Below, in pieces: positions 18,667-30,169 of a stretch of DNA of 64,000 nt. A program made the position numbers and the translations under genes. Location of the stretch: the NCBI GenBank assembly GCA_040217195.1, contig JAVJNR010000005.1, positions 1 to 64,000 of the forward strand, read 5' to 3'. The first letter of the stretch is position 1, and each line of letters opens with the position of its first letter. Under the pieces are notes generated by a model. That model searched no databases, had not been told where the DNA came from, and saw nothing but the letters and a program-made list of their open reading frames with translations. The stretch is from Leptospiraceae bacterium (lineage in GTDB: Bacteria; Spirochaetota; Leptospiria; Leptospirales; Leptonemataceae).

Positions 18667-19985
18667 TACCTATTCGGCTCCAGGATTGGCTTTAACTTCT
18701 TATGAATAGAATCTGCAGCCCATTTATTTCCAAGTTCTGTAAAGTGTCCATCGGCAGGAATGAAATGATCTGCGATTAAATGATCCTCACTGCACATGGA
18801 CGGAGTTTCTGACAATAGATGCATCACCGGAACTCCTCTCTTTTCGAAGTAGTCCGATGCCCGGACGGCATAGTCGCCCAGAGGATGATACTTTCCTTGA
18901 TTATTGCAATATATCTCTTCTACCTGAATCGGAATTACTACCGGAATGAGCTTCACATTGTGCTTCTTGCTATAAGCAATCATTCGGTCATAGGCCTTTT
19001 GAGTGAACTCCGGCAATGGTGGCAATTGGGAAGCAGGCAAAGGTTCATCGGTGCAGCTAACACTGGTTGGTATTGGTTCCGGGCACTGGTTTCTGGACTC
19101 CGGTTCTGGATTCATGAACCGGCAGCGATCTCTTACAGGACCACGAAATGAAGACAGAGTGTAATTCAGGGTTCTGGACCAATCCGGGAGGCTCTGTTTA
19201 TCCAGGTTAGATCCATTTTCGCTTTGCTCATCCGGGCGATCACTGGCCGGTTTTGCAGTTCGCATAAAACCAGCATCCATCATTTCCTGTTTGAAACTCT
19301 GGGCTGTTATACTGCGCTTTATTAGTAGATTTTCATAGGCCAGTTTGGCTGCATGAAGTGCATAGGAGTATCGTGTAAGTTCAAATTGAATACGAAAGCT
19401 AAGTTTATAGGCCGGATCGTTCATCCGCCTGGCATCTTTCACATCATCTGGTTCCACTCCCTGCCGTGCCAACTCTTCAGGCACTTCAAAATCGTTGGGA
19501 GAAATAATGAATAGCACCGCCTCCACATTCTCCATTCTGGGAACCATATCTTCCATTCGCAGTGCAGAACCCATGGAGCCAAAAGCGTCCACTCCGATAT
19601 TCAAGAACTGGTAGGGTCTATCAAATTGTCCTGACTGCGAGTATTGATGCAGTCGATTGCAAAAGGTTTTTTCATCCGAAACTCCAAAGCCCATGACCAG
19701 GCTGTCGCCCAGACAGAGCACTTTGGGACGGTCCGGCACTGGTTCCGGACTACCTCGCAGACCCAGGGAGTTGGTGGTGAATCGGCCTTCCCAGAGACCG
19801 TCATGATGTCTGATATATAGATCTTCGTTTTCCGGCAGGGCTACAAAGTATTGCGGATGGTAGACATGCAGCAGCTTTACCTTGCGGTAATAATCAAGTG
19901 CCGGAGCCTGCATCCACCGTAGCAGGATTTCCACAAGAAGCGCCGCAATCAGCCCGGCTCCCAGAAGAATCCCTGCTTTTCTCAT
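18666..19985 (-). CDS. SGNH/GDSL hydrolase (AlgJ/PatB-like partner of the MBOAT)
   Basis: LGDSLVMG, PNDF, DGHFTELG; TAATG coupling to the MBOAT gene. Confidence 0.9.
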   Translation of the reverse strand: MRKAGILLGAGLIAALLVEILLRWMQAPALDYYRKVKLLHVYHPQYFVALPENEDLYIRHHDGLWEGRFTTNSLGLRGSPEPVPDRPKVLCLGDSLVMGFGVSDEKTFCNRLHQYSQSGQFDRPYQFLNIGVDAFGSMGSALRMEDMVPRMENVEAVLFIISPNDFEVPEELARQGVEPDDVKDARRMNDPAYKLSFRIQFELTRYSYALHAAKLAYENLLIKRSITAQSFKQEMMDAGFMRTAKPASDRPDEQSENGSNLDKQSLPDWSRTLNYTLSSFRGPVRDRCRFMNPEPESRNQCPEPIPTSVSCTDEPLPASQLPPLPEFTQKAYDRMIAYSKKHNVKLIPVVIPIQVEEIYCNNQGKYHPLGDYAVRASDYFEKRGVPVMHLLSETPSMCSEDHLIADHFIPADGHFTELGNKWAADSIHKKLKPILEPNR

Positions 19986-20025
19986 AGAACGATTGGACTG
20001 AATGCCGGTTAGCTGTAAAGCACCT

Positions 20026-20988
20026 TCAGGCCCGTACGGGCACCAGAAGATCGGAAAGACGATCCACCAGTTTATTCCTGTATTCCGATCCAGGATACTC
20101 GCGGAGATACTTCATCAATCGATGAATGTCCTCTTCCATTTCCAGAGCCACAATGCGCCGGATTTCATGCTTTTCCATACGCTCCAGCACAAAGTCGGTA
20201 AGGGACTTACCATTTTCTTCGCCGGTCCATCGCTTCTTGAGCTCTCTTTTCTCCGCCGGATTCATCTTTTTGATCAGCTGCAGTAGAGGAAAGGTAATAA
20301 GCCTTCGATGCACATCCTGATAAAGGTGTTTCCCCTCTTTTTTCGCATCGCCAAAATAATCCAGGAAATCATCTCTGATTTGAAATAGTCGTCCCATCCG
20401 CAGACCAAAGTCCCGAAGTTTCTCTATCTCATCTTCATCCTCATCCTGGAGGATGCCAGCAGACTGAGCCATGGCTCCAAACAGACTGGCTGTTTTTCTA
20501 TGGATTATTTCTTCGTAGGTCTTTACTGTGATCGATGGATTGTTCTCCCACCGCATCTGCAATAGTTCACCGACGGTAAGATCCCGGATGACTCCGGTGA
20601 ATACAGGTAGTAATTCGACGCTCTTATCAAGGGTGCTCAGGTGTTCAAAACCGCAGGCCAGCAGATAATCTCCGGCCAGAATTGTAGTTTTGTTGCCCTC
20701 CAGGGTATGTACGGCTGGTCGGCCCCGGCGCTGCTGAGCCTCATCCACCACATCGTCATGAAGCAGGCTGGCTGCATGGATCAACTCCCCGATGGTACCC
20801 GTATCCACCCAGCGGTCCGATTCATCCCCCAGTATTCGAAGAAGATAGCAATGTAAAATGGGGCGGATTCGTTTCCCGCCGCTCTTAATTACATGCTTTT
20901 TGACTTTCTTTAGTACGGTAAGGTCTTCGTGTATAATTGCATCAAGCTTCGCATCAACTTTGCGAAGCAACATTGCTGATTTCATCAA
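20026..20988 (-). CDS. Polyprenyl diphosphate synthase (IspB-like)
   Basis: GGKRIRP, LLHDDVVD...RRG, KTASLF, FQIRDD. Confidence 0.95.
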   Translation of the reverse strand: MMKSAMLLRKVDAKLDAIIHEDLTVLKKVKKHVIKSGGKRIRPILHCYLLRILGDESDRWVDTGTIGELIHAASLLHDDVVDEAQQRRGRPAVHTLEGNKTTILAGDYLLACGFEHLSTLDKSVELLPVFTGVIRDLTVGELLQMRWENNPSITVKTYEEIIHRKTASLFGAMAQSAGILQDEDEDEIEKLRDFGLRMGRLFQIRDDFLDYFGDAKKEGKHLYQDVHRRLITFPLLQLIKKMNPAEKRELKKRWTGEENGKSLTDFVLERMEKHEIRRIVALEMEEDIHRLMKYLREYPGSEYRNKLVDRLSDLLVPVRA

Positions 20989-21005
20989 TCTGTAACCGCC
21001 TCAAT

Positions 21006-21878
21006 TTAAAGAGAAGGAGTATGTTTCTCGAGAATGGCAAAATGTTCCCGTAGAGTTTTTTCAAGACTGCGGTTTTTTGTCGATGAAAAATAGTTTATGA
21101 GATTTCGGTACATCCGCTTTAGAATGGTGGTGGCGCTTGCAGTACTTAGATATCCGTTTTCTGGCTGAATTCCCTGTCGAATCAGGAAATGATAGCATTC
21201 CTCTTCTGTGAGATAGCTTCCCTCATTGAATGGGTCCAGAAATAGAGTCAATTCCGGGCTGTGATACCGGACTATGAAATGACCGGGTAAATTCACCCCC
21301 TCCAGCGGAAGATCTACTCTACGGGCTACCAGAATGGCCAGAACAGACAGTGAAACGGGAATACCTTTTCCGCTTTCCAGGACAGAAGTAATGAAGGAAT
21401 TCTCAGGGTCGTAGTAATCCTCGGTATTTCCCCGGAAGGATCTTTCCCGGAACAGATACTCCCGAAACAGATCGATCCGATCCATGGCATCGTCTACCCT
21501 GGCAAGTCTTTGCCTCAGAGGCTCGGCCAGTTCATCCAGAGAGTTCCGAAAATCGTCCAAGCCCAGATCCGTTCTTCCGCCCAGCCTGCTGATTAAATAG
21601 ACTCCGGTTTCCAGATCCAGAGAACTCGATTCCAGAGCCTCCTGGAGGTCTCTGGTCAACTTTCTACGGTTCAAAAAGTCACTGTGCCCCTCTCTGAGAC
21701 GCATCCGGAGGGCTGGATCTTCTACATCATCAATGTAATTCTGGGGATGAGCGCCGAAAGGTATGGCCTGAAGTATGTGGTCGAGCAGTACCTTACGGGG
21801 CTCTGGTTCGGTGGTTTCGGCAAAGCAGGTCAGAAGTAGTCCCACTTCCCTGGTTTTCGCATGACGGTCTTTTTCCAT
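21006..21878 (-). CDS. SirB1/transglutaminase-like family protein
   Basis: FRGNTEDYYDPENSFI, GIPVSLS, GVNLPGHF, LDPFNEG. Confidence 0.9.
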   Translation of the reverse strand: MEKDRHAKTREVGLLLTCFAETTEPEPRKVLLDHILQAIPFGAHPQNYIDDVEDPALRMRLREGHSDFLNRRKLTRDLQEALESSSLDLETGVYLISRLGGRTDLGLDDFRNSLDELAEPLRQRLARVDDAMDRIDLFREYLFRERSFRGNTEDYYDPENSFITSVLESGKGIPVSLSVLAILVARRVDLPLEGVNLPGHFIVRYHSPELTLFLDPFNEGSYLTEEECYHFLIRQGIQPENGYLSTASATTILKRMYRNLINYFSSTKNRSLEKTLREHFAILEKHTPSL

Positions 21879-21905
21879 ATTCGTAGGGAATCCTTTCAGA
21901 ATTGG

Positions 21906-23723
21906 CTATCTATCTTTTTTTGGCTCCCTGCTGCGGCGACCTTTCCTCTGGGAGCCATAGAAATATAGCATGATTGCTACCGTCAGCGCAAGCAGGAAAC
22001 TACAGTAAAAGAAGGAAAGATGGAAGCTACCGTCCACCCGGTAATTAATAACAGGAAGGTAGAACAGAACCAGCAATGAAAGAAAAAAGGAAAGCCAGAG
22101 AAAGCCATTCTTAGTAGTCCCGGTATCGACTTTTGCCGATTTCTCTGTAGCCTCCGGGGACTGATTTTGAAAAGGCCTTTTCTGAAGCCAAAGACCAGGA
22201 GCCAGCAGAAACCAGAGAAAGTACCAGGGCTGCCAGCTGCCCCGGTAAAGGAAGTAGCCTAGTAAAAAGTATAGAAAGAGTCTAAGAGACCACAGAGCCC
22301 ATTTCTGCTGCCTGAATTCGCTGATTTCCTGACCCTGATTGTTTTCAGAATTGTGAGAATCGCCCCCCGGTTGAGACACTCTAGCGGATGCAGCATTACT
22401 TGAAAGACCCGGCCAGAGCCCAAGAATCAAAACAGCCCAGGCCGGCAATGTAATCATTCGCACCAATCGTATGGATTCAAAAGAGCTCAGCCCTTCTACG
22501 GAGGAAAGCCATACAGCATCCGGTCTGTAGGAAAGGAAATGATTGGAATAGATCCTGGCTGTATAGAAGAAGCATTCGAATTCCAGAGAGCTACCTTCGG
22601 AAGTACTGAAATGACGCAATTCGTGCAGATCGGAGAGATGAAATAGATCAAACAGGATGAAAGGTATCATCAAGGCCAGAACCAGTAAGCATCCAGCCAG
22701 CACAGGCGCGATTGCTCGCAAAGCTGCAATAAACCTAGACTTGAAGATAATCGATTGCTGATTTCTGCCGGATGGATGGACGGAAGTGAAAGCCCATAGA
22801 AGTGTTATTCCACCCAGGATAGCTTCTGGTTTCATGGAGCAGGCCAGACTCCAGAAGATTCCGGCCAGTAAGCGCGACCAGAGATTTCCCGGGATGAAAC
22901 GTAATGCAAGAAGACATAGTAGAAATGCAGTCACATCTGAATGGCCAGAATAAAAAAGGATCATCCAGAAAGGATGAGAAAACAGAGTTAATAGTAGTTC
23001 TGCGCTGATTACTTGAGGTCGCGACGAAACACCGGCCAGCTGGACAGAACTAGCGGATTCAAATACTGCATTCCCATGCGAAAGTCTCTGCCTGAACGAA
23101 GCGATCAGCAGAATGGCCATCATGATCCAGGAACTAGCTGAAAACAGGATTCTATAACCAGGTCCCAGAGCTCCCAGATAAGAGATCAGTTGAGTGCCAG
23201 GAAGATAAATTGTAGATAGATGGGAATGGTTGGGCAGACTTTCCGGTTTCTGATTCCAGAGAGTCGAAGCAGAATCCCCGATTCCGGCAGGAGCTGCCTC
23301 CTGTAATCCCAGTTGCTGTGGACCAAGGCAGTAGAGTGGAAGGCCCCTGGCAATGTAATGACCGTCCAGCTCATGTCTGATGGAATCGTCCGAATAAAAA
23401 TAGGAACCAGAAAAGAAAAAGAAATACGAAGCGAGCAATCCGACCAGATAGAACCAGGGTTTCAGCCCGCCTGATCGCAAGACCTGTCGTGCGAAGGCCG
23501 GTGCCAGCAGCCCCAGAAAGAAAATTAAGATGAGAAAAAGATAGCCGAAGCTAGAATAAGCTTCCGTATTTGAGCGAGCCCATTGAGTTTGCGGCAGACT
23601 GGCCAGTAAGATGACAAGTCCTGCCACCGCAACGGGCAGAGCAGAAATTAAATTAACCAGCCATAGCTTGCGCAATTTCTTCCAGAGCTTGCTCGGCCAT
23701 TTCATCGTTGGGCGCCTTTCCAT
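21906..23723 (-). CDS. Polytopic membrane glycosyltransferase-like protein (GT-C/DUF2029-like); true start probably near 23650 or later
   Basis: [28 protein letters not shown] and QPWYFLW motifs; many TM segments. Confidence 0.7.
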   Translation of the reverse strand: MERRPTMKWPSKLWKKLRKLWLVNLISALPVAVAGLVILLASLPQTQWARSNTEAYSSFGYLFLILIFFLGLLAPAFARQVLRSGGLKPWFYLVGLLASYFFFFSGSYFYSDDSIRHELDGHYIARGLPLYCLGPQQLGLQEAAPAGIGDSASTLWNQKPESLPNHSHLSTIYLPGTQLISYLGALGPGYRILFSASSWIMMAILLIASFRQRLSHGNAVFESASSVQLAGVSSRPQVISAELLLTLFSHPFWMILFYSGHSDVTAFLLCLLALRFIPGNLWSRLLAGIFWSLACSMKPEAILGGITLLWAFTSVHPSGRNQQSIIFKSRFIAALRAIAPVLAGCLLVLALMIPFILFDLFHLSDLHELRHFSTSEGSSLEFECFFYTARIYSNHFLSYRPDAVWLSSVEGLSSFESIRLVRMITLPAWAVLILGLWPGLSSNAASARVSQPGGDSHNSENNQGQEISEFRQQKWALWSLRLFLYFLLGYFLYRGSWQPWYFLWFLLAPGLWLQKRPFQNQSPEATEKSAKVDTGTTKNGFLWLSFFLSLLVLFYLPVINYRVDGSFHLSFFYCSFLLALTVAIMLYFYGSQRKGRRSREPKKDR

Positions 23724-24486
23724 GCCATCCAGGCTGGTCCTCCATGAAGCTCACGCCTTTGCCCAGAATTGTGTCGAATACAATCATCTGCGGGCCTTCC
23801 GAGTATTTCAAGCTGTCTTCAAATGCTGCCCGAATAGCCTTAATATCATGTCCGCTTTCCCGGCGAGTCTTCCATCCAAAGGCTGCGAATTTCTTTTCCA
23901 GATCTCCCAGGTCCAGTACATCCTTTGTGTATCCGTCGATCTGTATTCCATTGTTGTCCAGAAATGCAATTACAGGAGCCTTATGATGTACCGCTGCCTG
24001 AGCTGCTTCCCAGGTCATACCTTCGCCGCATTCTCCGTCGGACATGGCCACAAATACTCTGTAGTCTTTATTCTGTTGCCGCGCGCCCAGAGATAGCCCA
24101 ACAGCATTGGATAACCCCTGGCCCAACGATCCACTGGAATTTTCTAATTCAGGCATATATCGAGTACTGGGATGTCCCTGGAGCCTGGAGCCCAGCTGGC
24201 GAAACTGAAGTAATTCTTCTACCGGGAAATAACCGGAAAGTGCCATGGAGGCGTACCGCACCGCAGAAACATGACCATTGGAAATCAACAATCGATCCCT
24301 CCCTTCCCAGAAGGGATCTTCTGGCTTATGGTTTAGAATATCAAAAAACAAAGTTGCATAGATGTCTGCCAGTCCCAGGGGACCTCCCGGATGCCCGCAG
24401 CCCGCCGCATGCACCATGCGAATGACTTCGCGTCTAATCTCATTTGCTTTGTTTTGAATTTCGGAATCGGTTAGTTTACTGGCCAT
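23653..24486 (-). CDS. Transketolase, N-terminal (TPP-binding) subunit
   Basis: [33 protein letters not shown]. Confidence 0.95.
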   Translation of the reverse strand: MASKLTDSEIQNKANEIRREVIRMVHAAGCGHPGGPLGLADIYATLFFDILNHKPEDPFWEGRDRLLISNGHVSAVRYASMALSGYFPVEELLQFRQLGSRLQGHPSTRYMPELENSSGSLGQGLSNAVGLSLGARQQNKDYRVFVAMSDGECGEGMTWEAAQAAVHHKAPVIAFLDNNGIQIDGYTKDVLDLGDLEKKFAAFGWKTRRESGHDIKAIRAAFEDSLKYSEGPQMIVFDTILGKGVSFMEDQPGWHGKAPNDEMAEQALEEIAQAMAG

Positions 24487-24563
24487 TGGTTTACTCTGTT
24501 TGAAGCTATAATATACAGTTCTTTGTAGAATCCCGGTTGGACGTTAGCGATAGTTTCTGGGAG

Positions 24564-24986
24564 TCAACTCCCGGTCTCAAACATAAAAAGCCCTGAGACG
24601 TATACTATAAGATATAAAGGAATGAATACATAGTGAAGCGCTACATGAATCTTTCTTTTTCGTAGCGCTCCGGTTACCGCCATGGTAAGCATTAATAGAG
24701 CTGCCACCACCGCAATTATGCGATGTGTTAGAACCCAGTGAGGTTCCACTGTGGGCTGGAATCCGGCTGTTTGCATATTGCCACCGGAAAATACATGCAC
24801 AGCCACAACAAGCAACACTGCAGTGACAAGATTCGCAAGCACCCCCAGGCCCATCCACATACGATGGATGGTGACCTCTTTGCGTTTCCAGTAGCCTGCT
24901 GCGAAAAAAAGGACTGACAGAGTCATCCCCGCGTTTACCAGATAATAAACCATGGCTGTAGCTACCAGATCTTCCAACCGGCTCAT
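24564..24986 (-). CDS. DUF420-like four-TM membrane protein (start may be 24953)
   Basis: IHRMWM, LTHRIIA and KIHVAL His-containing TM helices. Confidence 0.7.
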   Translation of the reverse strand: MSRLEDLVATAMVYYLVNAGMTLSVLFFAAGYWKRKEVTIHRMWMGLGVLANLVTAVLLVVAVHVFSGGNMQTAGFQPTVEPHWVLTHRIIAVVAALLMLTMAVTGALRKRKIHVALHYVFIPLYLIVYVSGLFMFETGS

Positions 24987-26046
24987 GAGGAAAACCTTTT
25001 TCCCGGTACTTTCAGCACTGACATTGCTACTTCTGAGCGGTTGTCAGGCTGTATCCTACGAGTCCTATGCCGATCTGCTGGGAAACCACCCTTCCAATCG
25101 ACTGGAGAACTGGCAAAATCTGCTGGTAGCAAGGGCCCGGTCCAACGAGCTTCCCGAGGATTTCATTCAGCCTGCCACTGAACTCCCGCTGCAATATGCC
25201 ATAGATATGAATGCTATGGATGGCTATCCAGCGCCGGAGCCAGCCATACCCACAGCTTCAGATCTACAGAAAATGAAAACCGGATTGGATCTGGCTCTTC
25301 GCAGTCAGCCAGAGTTCAAAAACTTTCTGATTCGAAGGGTTACCGGGATCTATCTGGTGAAGAATCTGGGAAGTAGCGGTCTGACTGGCTTTATCTTTGA
25401 TTCAGAGGGTCATGCAAAGGCCGGTTTCTTTCTACTGGATATAGAACGTGCTTTGCTGAGCGCAGAAGATATGATCAATTTCCGCGAAAAGACCATTGTC
25501 CACAATAGCGATTCCTTACCGGCCTTCTGGGGTTACCGGCTCAGCTGTGGAAACCAGCCCTGCCCCGGTACCGTCGATGCATTGACGTATCTGCTCTTTC
25601 ATGAATCCGGACATATCGCTTCCGAGGTATATGACTTGCTGCCTACATTGCTTCTGGAACCCAAAGACCTGGATCCAGAAATGCATACACTGCCCGCTCC
25701 ATTCAATCAGTTCTGGGAGGATCCATGGATTCCTCGAACCAGGTATTCCTTCCTGGATAAGTTACGATTCTATCATAATGAACCAGAATTAGACAGGGAA
25801 GAACATGCCAGAGCGGTAATCCAGGCGATGAGCGATGGCTTTCCAGGATTGTATGCAACCACAGATGTCTGGGAGCATATGGCAGAGGTTATGGCCTATT
25901 CGATGTTACGGCGGCAGATAGAGTTTCATATCCAGCCAGGAAAAAGAGTGACTCTTGATCCCAATGCAGCCCCGGCATACAGGTCATTCATGAATAGCGT
26001 AAAAACCGTTATGCGAAACGATGCGGGCCTATCCTTCCAGAGATGA
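24985..26046 (+). CDS. Lipoprotein with a zincin-like HExxH motif
   Basis: MRKTFF...LLSG-C; LFHESGH and downstream EHMAE. Confidence 0.72.
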   Translation: MRKTFFPVLSALTLLLLSGCQAVSYESYADLLGNHPSNRLENWQNLLVARARSNELPEDFIQPATELPLQYAIDMNAMDGYPAPEPAIPTASDLQKMKTGLDLALRSQPEFKNFLIRRVTGIYLVKNLGSSGLTGFIFDSEGHAKAGFFLLDIERALLSAEDMINFREKTIVHNSDSLPAFWGYRLSCGNQPCPGTVDALTYLLFHESGHIASEVYDLLPTLLLEPKDLDPEMHTLPAPFNQFWEDPWIPRTRYSFLDKLRFYHNEPELDREEHARAVIQAMSDGFPGLYATTDVWEHMAEVMAYSMLRRQIEFHIQPGKRVTLDPNAAPAYRSFMNSVKTVMRNDAGLSFQR

Positions 26047-26246
26047 TGCATTTTCTACCCGAAAGCCAGGTCTGAAAAATGGACTGGATTGCCGGTGAAT
26101 ATCTGCCTTTTCTTCAGTGGAGCTGGAAATCCAGAAATTCTCGCCGTGATTGGCAAAATTATTTCAGCGAAGCCTGGATCTATACGGATTGTGCAAACTG
26201 TTCCAGCTATTCCGTGGATTTTACCAGCGTTACATTTGGCCCTTGG

Positions 26247-27272
26247 CTAGACTTCTTCTTCACTTCTTGTAGAGCCCAGAAGTTCATCCGGAATGTCTTC
26301 CAGGGTTTCTCCGATTTGAACGCTCAATCGATTTCCTATTCTGCCTGGCACGCATTTGAATTTCTTTCGATCACCGATCTTGATAGTCATATCCGAGCTA
26401 ATGTGTGTATTTCCAAGCTTAACCGCATCACCAACCTTGAGGCTTACAATATCCTGCAGAGGAAGCTCTATTTCGCCCACTTCGCATTTTAGCGGAATCT
26501 CCACCTGGTCCAATCGCTCCTGAATAATGGAACGGTTTTCATCGGTATCACCCTTTCGAATGGAGGAATACCAGTACTGGGCCGAAAGCTTGGAAATGAT
26601 AGGCTCGATGGTAATGTAAGGAATACAGAGGTTGGTCATTCCTTCCACATCCCCTACCTTGGTTTCCAGAGTAATCAATACCACCATGTCATTGGGAGGA
26701 ACAATCTGAGCAAACTGTGGATTGGTTTCGATGGTGCCCAATCTGGGTCTCAAATCCAGAACAGTGGACCAGGCTTCCCGCAAGTTTCCCAGGATTCGAA
26801 CGATAATTCCTTCCATTACAGAAAGCTCAATGTCGGAAAGCTCTCTTTGGATCTTGGTCGGTTCACCGGGGCCACCAAACAATCGGTCAATGATGGTAAA
26901 AGTAATGCTTGGATCGATCTCCAGAACGGCAGATCCACGTAGTGGATCCATATTGATCACAGCCAGAGTCGTTGGATTCGGAATGGAGCGAATGAATTCT
27001 TCGTAAGTAAGCTGATCCACTGAGCCAACATGCACACCTACCAGGGCACGTAACTGAGCTGACAATGCTGTTGTGGTGAGACGGGCGAAGGTCTCATGCA
27101 TCATTTGAAGCGTTCGAATCTGGTCTTTGGAGAATTTATCCGGACGACGGAAATCGTAAATCTTGACCTTCTTTTGCTCTCCTGCCGGAGAATACTCCTC
27201 TGGATCTACCTCACCGGAGGAGATGGCGGATAGCAGGGCATCGATTTCATCTTGAGAAAGTATTTCTGTCAT
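26247..27272 (-). CDS. fliM: Flagellar motor switch protein FliM
   Basis: LSQDEIDALL, YDFRRPDKFSKDQ, ETNPQFAQIV. Confidence 0.99.
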   Translation of the reverse strand: MTEILSQDEIDALLSAISSGEVDPEEYSPAGEQKKVKIYDFRRPDKFSKDQIRTLQMMHETFARLTTTALSAQLRALVGVHVGSVDQLTYEEFIRSIPNPTTLAVINMDPLRGSAVLEIDPSITFTIIDRLFGGPGEPTKIQRELSDIELSVMEGIIVRILGNLREAWSTVLDLRPRLGTIETNPQFAQIVPPNDMVVLITLETKVGDVEGMTNLCIPYITIEPIISKLSAQYWYSSIRKGDTDENRSIIQERLDQVEIPLKCEVGEIELPLQDIVSLKVGDAVKLGNTHISSDMTIKIGDRKKFKCVPGRIGNRLSVQIGETLEDIPDELLGSTRSEEEV

Positions 27273-28294
27273 AGTACCCTTGCCACCACGTGTATAATCT
27301 TCCAGAATCCTTCGCGTTCGGAACGCTCCAGAGTATAAGTATATTCATACGCCACACGATATCCAGCTGACATTCGCAATGCCTCCACCGTAACCTCGGA
27401 TCTGTCGGCCACATCCGTTTGACGAGTTCCGGTGATTCTAAATCTCCGCAGTCGGTCCGTGGGATCAGCGGTTAAATACCGGGCAAACTCTTGCAGGATT
27501 CTCCGTCGGTCCGGAGCGGATGCTGAAGCGTACCTTCCCGAGAATCGGTCGTATGAGGTAATAAACCGGGTTAAATCCAGATATTTCAAATAGTTTTTCC
27601 AGTTTCTTCGCATTTCCGCAGAAAGGAATAGATAGACCGTTTCCTCCGGCGAAAGACCGGCTTCCTCGGTTTCCAGTTCAGGTCGTTGAAAAACATACTG
27701 GCTCTTTCTCTGGTTGATGTGCAGTTCCACGGAATCTCTGGACCGAAGGAAAACATTATGCCTGGCATCGGGAAAAAAGTAACCGGTAATTCGATAGGTC
27801 TGACCCGGTTGAAAATCGTAGTAATCTGTCAGGTCGATGGTCTTTTCAAATGATTCGCCTGGCTGCAATATGATCTCTCTTACATGCTGGCCGGCCAGGT
27901 TGACCACGGCTTTCCTTTCCATATCTCTGGCAGAATTCTTCTGCGCCACCGGTCGAAGCTCATATCCTCGAGCATCCAGCACTTCGAACTGGTAGGTCTT
28001 CTCCGCCGGTTCAAATGGATAGATTCGAATGGTCTGATACCCCGAGTTCTTGATATTGAATTTAAGGACAATGGGCTTTCCTTCCTCAAACCGGTACTGC
28101 TCCATGTGCAGATCGACGCTGGTATAGCGACGGACTGTATTGATGGATTCATCGCCCCGGGCATTTGTGGTCTTCTCGGCAAATACCGAGCCAGTAGTCA
28201 GTCCAAGGAAAGTCAGAATGAGGCTATACCGCAGTAGCCTAGAAAAGGACACATTGGTCCGATTTGATTGAAACAAAAGTGCTCTGGGTAACAT
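27269..28294 (-). CDS. Exported hypothetical protein (Ig-like N-domain) coupled to fliM
   Basis: Signal-like LLRYSLILTFLGLTTGSVFA; LQPGESFEKTIDLTDYYDF; ATGA overlap with fliM; ORF extends to 28450. Confidence 0.78.
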   Translation of the reverse strand: MLPRALLFQSNRTNVSFSRLLRYSLILTFLGLTTGSVFAEKTTNARGDESINTVRRYTSVDLHMEQYRFEEGKPIVLKFNIKNSGYQTIRIYPFEPAEKTYQFEVLDARGYELRPVAQKNSARDMERKAVVNLAGQHVREIILQPGESFEKTIDLTDYYDFQPGQTYRITGYFFPDARHNVFLRSRDSVELHINQRKSQYVFQRPELETEEAGLSPEETVYLFLSAEMRRNWKNYLKYLDLTRFITSYDRFSGRYASASAPDRRRILQEFARYLTADPTDRLRRFRITGTRQTDVADRSEVTVEALRMSAGYRVAYEYTYTLERSEREGFWKIIHVVARVL

Positions 28295-28478
28295 AATCCG
28301 TACCGTTAAGAAGAATATCGGACATATTCCGGGAAACAAAAACGGTTTTCGGCGATGAAATACAGATTGGCTACCGGAAATCCAGCGCATGAAGGTCGAA
28401 TGAGGCTTCCACAGGTCACTTCTGGTCGGGCAGGTCATACTGGTTCCCATCCGGTTTCGAACGGGATGATCCGGGGAT

Positions 28479-29891
28479 CTAATTCAGTGCTGGCTCTGTA
28501 GCAGCGGACGTAGTCGAAGCGGACGGTCTGGCGGACCACCGGGCTTTGCCTTTCAACGTAGCCTGCGTACAGGATTCTACATCCACTGTGATAAGCTGCC
28601 CGCGATAATCTTCCAGGTCCTGGATGGAAGTCCCTTCCGGTGCCGGAAAAACCACTACCTTGCCTGAATCGGTACGGCCCATCCAGTCCGATGTGGATCG
28701 CTTGCTGGTTCCTTCAATCAGCACTTGATGGCTACGGCCTAATTCCTTTTCATTCTTTCGAGCACCCGCAGAAGTCTGAAGTGCAATCAGTCGTCCCAGA
28801 CGATCCAACTTCACTTCTTCGGACACATCATCTGCATACTTCTTGCGTGCCACTGTATGTTCCCGCTCAGAATACTTGAACATATAGGCCATGTCGAACT
28901 GGCAGGCTTCCACCACCTCCAGGGTTTCCTGAAATTGCTCTTCGGTTTCTCCTGGAAAGCCCACAATGATATCTGTGGTCAATCCAACATCCGGCATTAA
29001 TGCACGAATCTGCTGCACTAGCTTCAGAAAGGTTTCCTTTGAGTAATCCCGGTTCATGCGGTTCAGAACTTCCGTAGAACCTGCCTGAAGAGGTAGATGT
29101 ATATGATTGCAGAACCGTTCTTCTGTTGCCATAAGCTCCAATAGATGCAAAGGAAAATCATGTGGATGGGGAGATGTAAATCGAATTCTTTTGATTTCTG
29201 TTTCATTCAGAATACGGCGAACCAGTCCGGCAAAATCCAGACCATCATCCATTTTATAGGAGTTAACATTCTGCCCTAGAAGAGTGACTTCAGATACATT
29301 TCTGTTTTCAATGAGGTTTTGTATTTCCTGAACTATGCTATCCGGGTTTCGACTTCTTTCCCTGCCGCGGGTAAAGGGCACCACGCAAAAGCTGCAGAAA
29401 TTATCGCATCCTCGCATGATGGTTACGAATGCCAGACATCCGGATACAACCTCGGGCTCGATTTCTTCATAGGTTTCGCTGGAAGATAACCTTGCCAGGG
29501 TTGCCCCTCCTTTGCCGGTACGAATGTCTTCCACCAGCTGAGGCAAATCCCTGTAATTGTCCGGTCCCAGGACCAGATCCACAGGCAGTCCCATACCATG
29601 CAGATCCTCGCCCAGGTTCTGGGCCATACATCCCAGGACTCCAATGACCAGCTGCGGGTTCTTTCGCTTTAGATGATTTAATGATTGCAATCGGCCATAG
29701 ACTCGCTCGTGGGCCTTTTCGCGAATCGCACAAGTATTCAAAAGGATTACATCCGCTTCCTTTTCATCCTGAACCGTACTGTAGCCTCGATCCCCGAAAA
29801 GACGCCTTACGATTCCTGAATCGTATTCATTCATCTGGCATCCATAGGTTTCGACAAACAGTCGATTGGTGGCTGTTGGCGCTTCCTTCAT
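28479..29891 (-). CDS. miaB: tRNA-2-methylthio-N6-dimethylallyladenosine synthase MiaB
   Basis: [19 protein letters not shown] radical SAM motif, TRAM domain. Confidence 0.98.
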   Translation of the reverse strand: MKEAPTATNRLFVETYGCQMNEYDSGIVRRLFGDRGYSTVQDEKEADVILLNTCAIREKAHERVYGRLQSLNHLKRKNPQLVIGVLGCMAQNLGEDLHGMGLPVDLVLGPDNYRDLPQLVEDIRTGKGGATLARLSSSETYEEIEPEVVSGCLAFVTIMRGCDNFCSFCVVPFTRGRERSRNPDSIVQEIQNLIENRNVSEVTLLGQNVNSYKMDDGLDFAGLVRRILNETEIKRIRFTSPHPHDFPLHLLELMATEERFCNHIHLPLQAGSTEVLNRMNRDYSKETFLKLVQQIRALMPDVGLTTDIIVGFPGETEEQFQETLEVVEACQFDMAYMFKYSEREHTVARKKYADDVSEEVKLDRLGRLIALQTSAGARKNEKELGRSHQVLIEGTSKRSTSDWMGRTDSGKVVVFPAPEGTSIQDLEDYRGQLITVDVESCTQATLKGKARWSARPSASTTSAATEPALN

Positions 29892-30169
29892 TGCAGTGTC
29901 AGACTCGAAATATCCATTCTGCCGTCCAGTGCAGAAATCTAATGTAAAATGGCACTTCCGCCCGTTTCAGAGATGGTCCGCATAGAAATTGCTCTGTCAG
30001 TGCAACCTGCGACCGAAAACTCCTGCAAAGTCAATTTCAGACCAGAGACCTCTGAGCGCCATCCTGATGAGAATGGCCCCAGGGGTTTTTCAGAGGGTCC
30101 AGGTTCGATTCTTTTAGGGCAATCTCTCTAATTGCTAGACATTCCACGGACCGGCGTTGCCATAAGAAG

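Noticed and set aside
23653..24486. Transketolase lacking its C-terminal half, as a possible pseudogene
   Set aside because: Split two-subunit transketolases are common and this ORF is intact
26079..26492. 137-aa plus-strand ORF overlapping the 3' end of fliM
   Set aside because: Mostly antisense to fliM, with atypical composition
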